Assembly: GCA_044892505.1 (NCBI GenBank)
Contig: CM097882.1
Span: 209,374,001-209,438,000 of the forward strand
Source: Schmidtea nova
Lineage: Eukaryota
Length of the DNA: 64,000 nucleotides
Direction: 5' to 3'
Made by a program: the position numbers and the translations under genes
Notes under the pieces: generated by a model
Databases searched by the model: none
What the model saw: the letters and a program-made list of their open reading frames with translations, nothing else
Told to the model about the DNA's origin: nothing
In this document: positions 1-11,247 of the stretch, piece by piece
How the letters are laid out: every line of letters starts with the position of its first letter
Numbering within the stretch: position 1 is the stretch's first letter

Positions 1-690
1 TTAAAATTAAAAGTTGACATATTGCTGAAGAAATTGGTATGGCAAATGGAGAGAAGTGTACAAATATGATAATTATTTGTTGCAATTACATTACAATCAG
101 ATTTTTCTTTAGTTATAATATTGTTTTATATTAATAACAAGATTTAATTTCCAAAATTATATTCATTAAAACATAATTCAAAAAATATTAATCGATAATA
201 TTTTTTGAATATTTTTTCTGAAGCATCGATAATCTTTATGAGCTACCGAATAAACATTCTGTAATTCAACATACTTATTAAATATTATATTTTCAATTTT
301 ATTAAAAATTAAAATATTTGAAATTAAAATTTTAAACTCTTCTTTTTTGAATTTAATAAAATTTATAACCTTAATTTTTAAATCAATATTTATTAAATTT
401 ATTTTATCAAATTTTAAAATATTTATATTAATACCTCACATTCCCTTTTTTAAAATCTTTTATCTTTTCGATATTTTTTATTATGGTTTTTCCTTTTTCA
501 TCTTCTAACAAATAGCTGCTTTCGTGAATTTTCTTGATTATTGTATATGGTCCTTCAAATCTTTCCTGGTCTTTATTTCGAATCTCATGCTTTATTAATA
601 AAGTATCTCCTATATTGAAATTTCTTATTGTTTTGATCTCTTTTGCATTTGTTACTTCCGTTTTCTTGCTCTTTATCTTTCATTCTTTAT

Positions 691-1414
691 TTATTGACGT
701 ACTGCTATACCATTTTGATTTGTTAATTCTCCTTCCAAAAATGATTTCTTCGGACTTACCACAATTGTTTTATGTATTGTCGCATTGAACGTATATTCAA
801 TTTCCAGTAATATCTCTACCCAACTTTGTCTGATTTGTTCTCTTAACGACGCATTAATATAATCTCTGATTGTGCGAAACTGCCTTTCTATTAATCTATT
901 AGTGTTATGGTGATATGGACTTGAAAACACTAATTTGATTCCTATTGACTTTGGCAATTCTTTTATACTGTTTGACTCAAAACATTTTCCACGATCTACA
1001 TGCAGTTTTTTCAGTGCTCCAAATCTTTATATCCATTTGTATAGCAAAGTTTTCAATATTGTTTTTTTTCATCTTCTTTACCTATAGCAGACAGAGAAAT
1101 GTATTTGCTTATAATGGTTTATGTAATGGTTTATTCTCTATTGATTTTTCTTTCTTTGGTCCACATATATCCATATGGATCATCTCAAATGGTTCCGTAC
1201 CTATGGTTGTTTTAATTTCTTCTTTTGTCTTTATGTTAAGTGTCTTCGTTTTCTGGCACGCAATACAGTTTTCAATTACTGACTTTACTTCTTTTACCAA
1301 ATCTTCTATGTCAAAATTTTGTTGGATATAGTTTTTTACTTTCTGTGTTCTTGCATGGCATAGCATTGAATGCGTCTCCTTGATCATATCTCGTCTTTCG
1401 ATTTTGATATCCAT
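691..1414 (-). pseudogene. Gypsy integrase (HHCC zinc-binding + core), frameshifted
   Basis: HSMLCH...CIACQK, PFEMIHMDICGP, SSPYHHNTNRLIERQFRTI motifs split over ORFs 1109-1414 and 691-957. Confidence 0.9.
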
Positions 1415-2306
1415 AGTTTGTTTTGGTTCGTATATATCACATTCTTTTTTATGTTGAGTCTTCCGTTTTTGAACTTTTCTTTTTCATTTTTCATTTTTTA
1501 TTTCTTTTATATCATCATTATCGTTTTGCCACTTATTTAAATTGTATTCCATTGTTACTGTTAATAACCTTCTTTTTACTTGTCCGCTTTTCGGTTCTTC
1601 GTGTTCAATCATACATTGTATTCATGTTCCACACGTTTTCATTGACAGAATATCCACACTTCCGTGATCAATGCCTTTCTCCTATATTCCATCTTTATAT
1701 CCAGACTGCTTAATGATTGATCAAAGTTTGAAAATCAGCTGTTCGTTGACATTGCCATATGATCTGTTTGCAATAAAAATTCTTTTCCATATAAATAGTG
1801 GTTTAATCTTTTGAAACAAAATTGTCCCTCTTTTGCTGAAAATGCTGTCTGTGGTATTTGCGTGGTTCACCTCCTCCATTGCTAATTGAATGACATTTGT
1901 TTTTGATATACGTAAATGCATTTGTTTACCCCGAAGGAAACAGGCATCAAGATTTCTAATTGCCATTATAACTTGTGAGTGAATTTCAAACAGCACCAAA
2001 GCCGTATTCTTTTGATTAAACGTAATTCCGATTTAGAAATCAATTAAATCCAATTATTATACTGCGCACACGGACGCGAAACACGACTCTCAGCAATGCA
2101 CACACAGACCCGTAATAACACAAATCAGAAAGTCGCACACAGACGCAAAGGAAATATCAAAACTAATAAGCGCTGCAAATCGCGCTCACAGATGCGCACA
2201 AATCCCAGCACATTATCCGTTTTATATCTACACTGATCAATTTCACGGCAAGTGCATCTTTCAGTTTTGTCCACTCACTATCAATTGTTCTTTTGTTGAT
2301 TTTCTG

Positions 2307-2540
2307 TTACGCTTCTCTGACTGCTCCTTTTAAATATAGGGAAAATCTTTGTACAATTATCGACTGGCTCCATCCATAGGCTGTGGCGTAGATGTAGTAA
2401 TTCACCATAAAGTCGACAAATTCCATCGGATCTCCTCCATATTGTCTGACCGTGAGTTTCTGAAGATTCGCATATTTGTTGTCATTTCCCGTGTTGCTTG
2501 TGGACATAGGTGCATCATCATGATCATTTTGATTATTCAT
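2307..2540 (-). pseudogene. gag: Gypsy gag N-terminal fragment
   Basis: RQYGGDPMEFVDFMVNYYIYATAYGWSQSIIVQRFSLYLKGA resembles retrotransposon capsid N-domain (F.GD...F...F......W......LYL.G.A); the same motif occurs in gag at 8266. Confidence 0.75.
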
Positions 2541-2796
2541 TTTGTTTTCTGATTTTTTTGCTCCTCAATTGATAAAATGATCTGGTTGGCCCAACTTTTA
2601 CTCGTCTGAATTTCAGTGTATTACAATTATAAAATTTACCTTTTGTTTGAATTTTTAATAACAACTTCCTCTAATTTAATAAATTTTCATTCTTCCTCGT
2701 CAGCTTTGTACGATATATTTTCACAAATTTCTCTTTTTGAATTTAACAATTTACTAAATTTTTCAATTAATTTTCAGAAATCTTCCACCGACTTTT

Positions 2797-2815
2797 AATC
2801 ACGTCAGGCTCCCAA
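2797..2815 (-). promoter_or_regulatory. Primer-binding site, tRNA-Trp-like
   Basis: Minus strand reads LTR end CCCAACA-TTTT-TGGGAGCCTGACGTGATT, close to the tRNA-Trp complement TGGTGACCCCGACGTGAT. Confidence 0.6.
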
Positions 2816-2818
2816 AAA

Positions 2819-3045
2819 TGTTGGGTATTTATCAGTTAGTCGGTGCTGTTTGCCTGACTCCTTTGTGTTCTTATAGGAATTATTTAAAAACAACATAGTA
2901 AGATTTATTTGAAAGTGTGACACATTTTACAATAACTATTCAACACAATTCTTTGATAATAATAATTAACAAACACATTGCCAAAATAATTAAACAATCC
3001 ATGTGCAATATTAACAAAGACATATATTTCAAAGAAATAAATTTC
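2819..3045 (-). repeat. Partial 5' LTR of the minus-strand Gypsy element
   Basis: Terminus TGTTGGG at 2819 adjacent to the PBS; first ~60 bp resemble LTR ends at 40132 and 43860-43923; runs into the 25-bp satellite. Confidence 0.65.
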
Positions 3046-3335
3046 AAAATACCGCAACGTAATATATTTCAAAATACCGCAACATAATATATTTCAAAAT
3101 ACCGCAATGTAATATATTTTACATACCGCAACGTAATATATTTCAAAATACCGCAACGTATTATATTTCAAAATACTGCAACGTAATATATTTCAAAATA
3201 CCGCAACGTAATATATTTCAAAATATTTAGAATATATTACGTTACGGTATTTTGAAATATATTACGTTGCGGTATTTAAAATATATTACGTTGCGGTATT
3301 TTGAAATATATTACGTTGCGGTATTTTGAAATATA
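3046..3335. repeat. 25-bp minisatellite (CAAAATACCGCAACGTAATATATTT), orientation flips near 3228
   Basis: About 7 units in one orientation followed by about 4 in the reverse orientation. Confidence 0.95.
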
Positions 3336-3649
3336 TGTTGGATCCATCATTTGACCAACATTTGATTATATAAATAATAATAAGAAAATAAATACGAATA
3401 AATTAAATTAATATATTTGAAAGAAATTCCATTAAAAGGAAATAAAAGTAATAAATGATATTGTAAAAATTATAAGAAAACAAAATTAAGATGAAAAAAT
3501 ATAATAAGAAATGAGATTTAATGATTAAAATATATATGATATGTTTACAACAAATAATTAATTAAGAAATAAATAATAAATTGATTAAAACAAAATTCTT
3601 TACAAATAAATATATAAATAAATTGGTATAATGACCTTCAGCTTGACGC

Positions 3650-3700
3650 TGATTGGCCAACCGGTTGATCTGATCAGTATAAATACTGAACCAGAATCAG
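3650..3700 (+). promoter_or_regulatory. LTR promoter (ATTGG/CCAAT-like box + TATAAA)
   Basis: CTGATTGG...GATCAGTATAAATAC, conserved at 41666-41705 in the related solo LTR while the flanks diverge. Confidence 0.7.
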
Positions 3701-4860
3701 ACAACTAAGCACTTATAATTTCATAATTTTCTGAAACAAAACTTTTTTGCAGTTATCAGTGAATTGAAAGATATGGATTGAATTTTAGTATTCTATGTTT
3801 TTAATTTTTATCATGATTTTTTGTCATTGCTTATTGAAAAAATGTATGAATAATCACTGCCATATTAATTTTATATGATTTAAGCTTAGTTTTGGCTTCC
3901 TTCCACTGTGTAATCGGTGGAAGGAGGCGAGATGAATTATTTTTTTGGTATTATGATTTAAGGGGGCTCGTGTTCACCATGAAATCGGTGGAAGGACGCA
4001 GACTTCGCCTGAGTAGATTAAACTACTTCGTGAAGTTAGGCCGTCTTCATGGTATTAAGTGTCATGAAGAGGGTAGGATTTTTTAATGATTTATTACTGA
4101 GCAGTATAGCCAGATTACTAAAATTTTTATTATCAAATATATAGTATGATTAATCAAGAACTGAAAGAATTTTATTATTTAATAAATAACTTATAACTTA
4201 TAAATAACTTATTTCTTTTTGAGATTGCCATCGAGGATTTGAAGCGGGTGACGGCTGATATTTTTTGAAGGTGAAGGGTATAGTCTATTGAACACTTCCA
4301 AGAGCGATATCGTCCAGGTGACTTAGCACTGCTAGCGGATAAAAGGGTAGCCACCAACTGAATAAATCGAGGTAGATGCTCACAATTAGAGTAGAGCAGA
4401 TTTTAAAAATCCAAATCTTTGTAAAGGGTATCGTAGGAATAAGTGGTAGAAATGAGTGAAATTCGAACATTCTCCATATTAATTATCATTTCTGATCCAT
4501 AACAAATAGAACAAATTAAAGTCATCACAGCTGAACTAAAATTATGCACATTGAACAGCAGGTAAGTAGGTCCATTCCGATGTCAGCGTTAGTGTGGGTA
4601 GCCCGTAATGACCTACCGTATCTCATATTGATCGATCAACCAACTAGTGACTAAAATCAATGAAAGAAAGAAATTAAATTTACTATCCTGATCCCTGTAC
4701 ATAGGGCAGAAGAACTTATTTTTATATTTTGTAAATTATCAACCTGATTGCTGTAGATAGCACATGTACAACTGAATACAATAAATGAGATTTCTGATCG
4801 CGACAGTGTTGAAATATATAAAATGTATTTTACTTCACAATTTCTCATTTCCGTACCGGT

Positions 4861-5331
4861 TGGTTCAGCCCGGAACAAATGAAAATACAACCCATAAAAA
4901 ATCAATGATCTCAGCGAGCGGGTGAAGAATACAGAACTGAGCTTGAGGCAACAAAAATCGAGTTAAGAAAATGCCTCAAGGCGGTCACCGCGTCATTCAT
5001 AGACCTTGAGTTGAAGCAATTAATCCGACCAATTACCTATCAACATTGGTCGGAAGAGAAAGCAGGATGTTCAAAGGGAACAAATACCGAAGCTCCGGCG
5101 CAAGTTCTTGAAATCGAGATTCCGACTGTACCAAAAAGCTCATCAACAATCGAAATTAAAAAGAAGAAAAATAAGATGGGTGCCAGACAACGAAGGTGGA
5201 AGAAACAATTCGAGCAGAAAATGATCCAACATAACGATGATCTTCCTGAAATCGATCTATCGACAAACTTTGTTACATTTGATGACGATTTTTTGAAGTT
5301 TTTTGAATTAAATTTTGTTAAATTTAGTTAA
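4861..5331 (+). pseudogene. LTR-internal ORF of unknown function (coiled-coil-like + basic region), premature TGA at 4906-4908
   Basis: WFSPEQMK...SQRAGEEYRTELEATKIELRKCLKAVTASFIDLELKQLIRPITYQHW aligns with WFAPARMK...SQRTAEDYKMEWEATKIELWKCLHSVTATYIERELKSQIRPVTYQRW at 42797-43180. Confidence 0.75.
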
Positions 5332-5612
5332 CTAACGCTTATCGTTTGTAAAATTTATAGTTTTGTTATATTTTCTTTTGTGCTTAGATTTGTAAAGTAG
5401 GTAAAATAAAGTATTTATTAAAAATTTAAAAATTAAATTAAATCAAATACAAATTACATTGACAAAAGTGCTAACACAACTCGCTAAATGACAAACATTA
5501 GGAATATAAAACCCAGATATATAAACAATTTTTCGAATTATCTGTTGATATTGTAAAGAAGGGGGTAGGAAAATTAAAATTAAAGATAATGAATTCAGAG
5601 GAAAGTAAAGCG

Positions 5613-5845
5613 TAAGTCCTTCTATCGGCAGCAATGGACCCGTGAACATAAATGGGGAGTAGTTCTAGTGAAAGAGCTCACCTGCCCATCATTGTTCAAA
5701 CACCTTGCACATTTCCAACTCGATTATCCAGGGAAATAATCGAGGGTGCTTGTGTGTCGTGAAAGCATTTTATGTTTGGTCTTAGATAGAGGCATCCCTA
5801 GAGCGTTTATTATCTTTTTGTTTTAACCCATCCAGGACCACAACA
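5613..5845 (+). ncRNA. Conserved structured RNA element at LTR 3' end (copy 1)
   Basis: Several stems with compensatory changes relative to 43551-43787; shares the CCTTCTATCGG(C/T)AGC..TGGACCC core with 36229-36250. Confidence 0.7.
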
Positions 5846-5851
5846 TAAATT

Positions 5852-5870
5852 TGGGGGCTCAGCCGGGATC
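5852..5870 (+). promoter_or_regulatory. Primer-binding site, tRNA-Pro
   Basis: TGGGGGCTCAGCCGGGATC versus the tRNA-Pro complement TGGGGGCTCGTCCGGGAT, 6 nt after the LTR end. Confidence 0.9.
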
Positions 5871-6333
5871 AAAATGGTTTTTGTGCGAAAAGTTGAATCC
5901 AATAATAACAAGGAGTTTTAAAGTGCCCCTCAACCGAGAATGTAATTGATCTTTGTGTAAAAAGTAAATGCAATATCAACAGGGAATATCAACAGACGAT
6001 TAAAAATTGACATTAAATAAAATAAATAAACGTAAATAAAATATGTCGGGACGACAATTTGATGAAACAAGGGGAAGTTTTAACATCGGAAAACGAAACA
6101 TATCACTACTTTTAACTGACACAAATCGAGCAAATAGAGAAACAAGATATTGAAAATATTTATTATTTAGTAATGAATGACAAATAGAACAGCAAACATA
6201 TTACCAATATCAATTATTTAGCAATAAACGACAAATTAAAAGAAACGGAAGAATTTCTAAACGCGGAAAAAAAACATACGAGGAATTATGCGAGAAAATA
6301 AGTCGAATAAGAGAATCCGGATTCAAAGAACCC

Positions 6334-6684
6334 ATGACACAAACTGAAGAAACAACAGAGCTAATAAAGATAATGCAAAGAATAGACAAATTAGATATAA
6401 CTACTAGATACAAGTGGTACCGAGTGCGATTAGAAAATGCTGATTTAAACATAAAATGCAGACAATTAGAGCAACAATTAACCCCAACATACAACAAATG
6501 GACAATGCAAGGAACCGAGACAGCTAAGAAATTTAAACTATGTTACATATGTCGAGAAAGAGAAAATAAAATCATGTTTTTACCTTGTGGACATTTTCGG
6601 TTTTGTAGAATCTGTGCGACCAACTGCGACAAATGCCCGATGTGCAATCTCGAAATAAGTGAAACAATTGTCGTGTATTTATAA
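6334..6684 (+). CDS. C-terminal RING finger (C3HC4, IAP/MDM2-like) protein, probably 5'-frameshifted
   Basis: CYICRERENKIMFLPCGHFRFCRICATNCDKCPMC followed by ISETIVVYL at the C-terminus, typical of IAP-type RINGs. Confidence 0.9.
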   Translation: MTQTEETTELIKIMQRIDKLDITTRYKWYRVRLENADLNIKCRQLEQQLTPTYNKWTMQGTETAKKFKLCYICRERENKIMFLPCGHFRFCRICATNCDKCPMCNLEISETIVVYL

Positions 6685-7175
6685 TAAATAAATTTTGAAA
6701 TTGAGTAATATTATTTGTAATGAATAAAATATGAGAAGTAATAATGGCAATGGCAGAAATCATGATAACAATTAATGTTTATAAATAATTTTTGAGCTAC
6801 TCACGAGTAGTCCGTTAAGCACCCATTAAGCACCAACTGATCAACTTACCCGAGATGTATAGAAAGGGTCCCATCGCGGAAATTGGAAAGCTTTTGTGAT
6901 GTGACTGATCACCCCATCTTGCATTAGTGGACCAATGCGATCTTTTTATATGTTTTGGTTGGGGCGAAAGTGGGGGAAAACTCAATGAGGTTTAGGTGCA
7001 CGCAGAAAATATAAAAAGAGAGAATAGAAAACTGATCAGTAGGAGTAGAGAGAATAGTAAACGAATAAGCAGAACGACAGTTAATGTGATAACTCGTATA
7101 AAAATGGAGATAACTCAGCTGAGAATAAGTTTATGATAACTAGCGAAGTGGATAATTGCGGTTAACCGGTTAAAC

Positions 7176-7495
7176 AGATTAGTTGAATACCCTGTATAAT
7201 GGGTCAAGGGCCAATGAGCCAGATTAGTTGAATACCCTGTATAATGGGTCAAGGGCCAAGGAGCCAGATTAGTTGAAAACCCTGTATAATGGGTCAAGGG
7301 CCAATGAGCCAGATTAGTTGAATACCCTGTATAATGGGTCCAGGGCCAAGGAGCCAGATTAGTTGAATACCCTGGATAAAGGGCCAAGGGCCAAGAAGCC
7401 AAAGTAGTCGAATACCCTGAAAGAAGGGTCAAGGGCCAACAAGCCAGATTATTTGAGAATACCCTGAAATAAGGGTCAAGGGCCAATGAGCCATA
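7176..7495 (+). repeat. 45-bp tandem repeat (~7 copies) in the element leader
   Basis: AGATTAGTTGAATACCCTGTATAATGGGTCAAGGGCCAATGAGCC units start at 7176, 7221, 7266, 7311, 7356, 7401, 7446. Confidence 0.95.
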
Positions 7496-8265
7496 TTAGA
7501 ATTACCTAGTTAGGCAGGTGATTATCCTTTAGGAAGGTATTTTCCCTAGGGAAGGGCCAAAGAGCCAGGGCGTAGAGAGCCAAGTGAATAAGTGAATAAA
7601 TTAAATTAGGGCATAGAGAGCCAAGTGAATAAATAAACAACAGAGAGAATATAAGGCAGAATTGTAGTTGTCGACGAAGTAAGAATAGTGAGCACTAAAG
7701 TTTGATTAATACGAGTAAAGATGATTATGTAACCTAGAGATTCAGTATGCATACAAGTGGAAATAGAAATAGGAGGATTTAGAGTTGACCGGAAAAACCG
7801 GTAGAAAATCGTAAGAAGAGTGAGTTGTGATGACATAATGAATAGTGATAAAATGATAATTGAGTCAGGAGAACTCTGGGGAATTAAAGCGTTTGAGCGA
7901 CAAATTAATTTGGGAGACCGAGGGAAAAGTAATGAATTTATTTGATAACGATAGATAATTATTACGACCATATAGATAATTGTGACCAGTCAATAGATAA
8001 TTTAAATAGACTAAAATAAAGGGGAAACCGGGAATGGGGAAATAATGGAAACCCAATAATGAGGAATAAAAGCGCAACGATAACAATGATGTATCGTTGA
8101 AGTGACTTTTTAATTTAGATATACAGAACAGAACAAGTCAAACTAACCAACCAAGCAATCAGAATACGATAATAGAGAGACAGGAAAATTGATAAATTAC
8201 AGAAAAGTAAACCAAGATCAAGAGCAGCTAAAACTCAAAAAGTTGATAATTCACAGCGAAATAAA

Positions 8266-10041
8266 TTGAGATCAAGAGCAGTCAGTACTACAACTCAAAA
8301 AGTTGAAAAGTCACAGAAAAGTAAATCGAAACAAAGAGCAACCAGTGTTACAAAGAAAACAAATCCTAAAGGAAGTAAATCAAGAAAAGTAATAGTAGAG
8401 AAGTCCAAAATCGAAAACAACAAATTATCAAAAACTAACGAAAGTGAAACAGAAGAAAGTTCGAGTGAAACCTACGACAATTATAATAATACTGAAGCAT
8501 CAGATAACGAGTCAATAAACCCAAAAGAAAAAGAAGCAGAAATCAATAAAAATTCAAACGAAACGAATAACGAGCATAACAGTGAAACAAAAGGAAACGA
8601 GAGTAAAACGACACAAGACAGCGGAATCGAAATGAACGAACCTAAAGAAGAAATCAAAGATAAATTTACCGGAGAACCATTTAATGGAGATGCCAGCAAG
8701 TTGGAAACGTTTTTAAAAGAATTTGGTATATTTGTAGAAGTGTGTAAATGGAAACCAGAAACGATAAGGAGCAGAATTCAGTTATATTTAAAGGACAGTG
8801 CGTTAGATCTATACTTAGAAGCTAAAAATTCGGACGACCAACTCGATAGTTGGGAAGAGATAAAGAAATTTTTCCAGCAAACTTTTGGAATAAATAAAGT
8901 ATTAAATGAAGCCTTTACAGAATTTTCAATGAGAAAACAAAAAGTTAATGAATCAAATGCAGTATATGCAAGTGAATTAAAGAAATTGGCTAAATTAGCA
9001 TTCAATCAAAATAGTCCCATGAGTCCAGAATTGATGGCAGCAATTTTTGTGGGAGGACTGAGAAGACCCGATATAAGAGCACAAGTTGGATGCCAAGGTT
9101 GCAAAACAATAGATGAAGCGTTGGAAGTCGCCAACAGATTTGAATTACATATGATCGGAAGCGAAGGAAGAATTTACCTAGCAATGGATACGACACAAAA
9201 TGAACAAGCAATAAAGATAAATAACCACATTTCGAATTCACAGCAATTGAACCGACCACCACCTCAAAGGAGAAATGAGGGAAACAAAGTACAAAATTAC
9301 GGAAATCAAAATAATTACAATACGCAAGGACAGACAAAACAATGTCAAACTTGTGGAAAGTTAGGACATTGGCAACAAGAATGTTTCATAAACTTAAATT
9401 GTAAAAAGTGTGGAATAAAAGGACATTCGGAAAGCAGATGTTACCTAAATTCATGTTATAACTGTGGACAACCAGGCCACATGGCAAAAAGCTGCCAACA
9501 ACCAAACAATCAACGAAGGAACTGGTCGAACAACGGAAATCGACAAAATTATGCTAATCAACAGAGTAATTATAACCAGAACAAAAGTACCACCAAGGAA
9601 ATACATTTGCTACAAGAAGTTCAGAGATTGACAGAGTTAATAAATAATACACCGAGAGGAAATCAACAAACAAATCAACAACAAATTAATATGATGAGAA
9701 AAACAGAAAGCGAAAATGAACGATTAAATCGAGAAAGTCAAGCACGACATGCTCAAGAATGGGCTAGAATACAAAGAGAAGACGAACAGAAACGACAAGA
9801 AAGAGAACGGCAACCATTGAGAATTAATATGATGAGAGCAACAAATCAAACAAGAGACAACAAGGAAGATATTGAGCCGGAAACAAACCAAATAAACCCA
9901 AATCCGGTAGATGAAGAAAACCAAAAAGAAATATTGCAAAAAAACGAAGAAGTTATCAAACAAAAAAGGATGTTGGTAGTCATGCCAAACGATCATGTAT
10001 TTCGATTTGACTATGATGAAAAAGAGGAAGTAGAGTATTAA
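8266..10041 (+). CDS. gag: Gag (capsid + CCHC zinc knuckles)
   Basis: PFNGDASKLETFLKEF...WKPE...LYLKDSA capsid motif; knuckles CQTCGKLGHWQQEC, CKKCGIKGHSESRC, CYNCGQPGHMAKSC. Confidence 0.92.
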   Translation: MRSRAVSTTTQKVEKSQKSKSKQRATSVTKKTNPKGSKSRKVIVEKSKIENNKLSKTNESETEESSSETYDNYNNTEASDNESINPKEKEAEINKNSNETNNEHNSETKGNESKTTQDSGIEMNEPKEEIKDKFTGEPFNGDASKLETFLKEFGIFVEVCKWKPETIRSRIQLYLKDSALDLYLEAKNSDDQLDSWEEIKKFFQQTFGINKVLNEAFTEFSMRKQKVNESNAVYASELKKLAKLAFNQNSPMSPELMAAIFVGGLRRPDIRAQVGCQGCKTIDEALEVANRFELHMIGSEGRIYLAMDTTQNEQAIKINNHISNSQQLNRPPPQRRNEGNKVQNYGNQNNYNTQGQTKQCQTCGKLGHWQQECFINLNCKKCGIKGHSESRCYLNSCYNCGQPGHMAKSCQQPNNQRRNWSNNGNRQNYANQQSNYNQNKSTTKEIHLLQEVQRLTELINNTPRGNQQTNQQQINMMRKTESENERLNRESQARHAQEWARIQREDEQKRQERERQPLRINMMRATNQTRDNKEDIEPETNQINPNPVDEENQKEILQKNEEVIKQKRMLVVMPNDHVFRFDYDEKEEVEY

Positions 10042-10127
10042 TTAATAAAGTAAACAAGACGATTCTGGGAAGGACAAAACTACCCCGAGAAGCATTTTTA
10101 CAGACAGAAGACGAAGCGGAGATAAAA

Positions 10128-11247
10128 TTGAAATCAACCGACATCTGGGAAGATTTAGAAGTACCAATGAATAAAATGAATTTTACTGTTATCCGAGAAA
10201 CAGACGAAAACCAAGATAAAGCGAAACCAAAACCGGTAACAAAAGTCAAAAGCAGGGCATTAAAGATATTTGAAGAGAGAATCAAACAGAGAAAAGCAAT
10301 AGAAATGAAAAAACGAAGAAGCTAAATAGAAGAACCAGAAAACAATGACAAAAATGAAGAAATACCACCAGAAAATGTACTAAATAAAGTAGAACAGACA
10401 GCACATATAAACATGTTAAGAAACAACTAGAGAATTTTCAGATGTAGAAAGTGACAGTGATGTCAGTAGTTTAGCAGCAGATATGCTAAAGGAACCAGAA
10501 AATGAAGACAACAAGATAAAAGTAGCGAAGACGCCAGAAAATATTCAAATAAAAGAAGATGAAATTGAAAAACTATTGGATAATGCGTTAGAAGTGATTT
10601 ATAACGAAGAATTTATTGATAAAAAGCGATATCGAAAATTTATAAAAGCAGTATTACGAATGAACTACAAAGAATGTTTACAAAGTCGGGAAGTAGAGAT
10701 ATTATCAGGATACGTCGTCAAGTTATTAGAAGAACCACTCCACGAATATATTATCTTGATAGAAATAAACAAATGTTCACCAAGAATTTGGATCAAATCT
10801 ACATGCACAAACGAAATTTATCGATGGGTGGAAGACAGATTGGGAAGTTCATATAAAAACAAATTCATATATTCGGGAAATGAACTTGTAGAACGAGGAA
10901 CGCATTTGGTAGCAACAGGCCTATGGCCAGGAGAGATAACAACATTATCAACATGCGACAATAAGAAAGAGGAGAATTTACAAGAAATCGCAAAGGAAGC
11001 AAATACGTGTTTTGAGATGAGAATTAAACCTCAATTAATAGAGAAGAAAGAAAGAATTCTCAGAGGAAATTTAAATTCACTAATAGAACAAATTATTCAA
11101 CAAATCGACAAAAATAGGAAAGAATTAATGAGAACTGAATATGAGAAAGTAAAACAATGCATCAAAAATATACGAGATACCAGCCATACGAGATATTCGC
11201 CGTACAAAACTTGGAAAGAATCGCAAAAATTGGAAAGCGATGTTTAA
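10128..11247 (+). pseudogene. Accessory coding region of unknown function, broken into pieces (10128-10325, 10326-10430, 10483-11247)
   Basis: Continuous A-rich coding-like sequence with stops/frameshifts; no recognisable domain. Confidence 0.5.

Larger units (their letters stand above)
433..2815 (-). mobile_element. Degenerate, internally deleted Ty3/Gypsy LTR retrotransposon (gag fragment, RNaseH tail, integrase, PPT, PBS)
   Basis: On the minus strand: PBS at 2797-2815, gag-like ORF 2307-2540, RNaseH C-terminal remnant KGIDHGSVDILS (~1640-1680), integrase pieces, purine tract AAAAAAGGGAATGTGAGG at ~435-452. No PR/RT seen. Confidence 0.85.
3336..5845 (+). repeat. 2.5-kb 5' LTR
   Basis: TG...CA termini, followed after 6 nt by a PBS; promoter, internal ORF and 3' RNA motif are homologous to the TSD-flanked solo LTR at 41306-43787. 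Confidence 0.9.

Noticed and set aside
7115-7486. Minus-strand repetitive ORF
   Set aside because: By-product of a 45-bp (multiple of 3) repeat.
7176-7495. CRISPR-like array
   Set aside because: Units are contiguous tandem repeats with no unique spacers, no cas genes, and a eukaryotic context.
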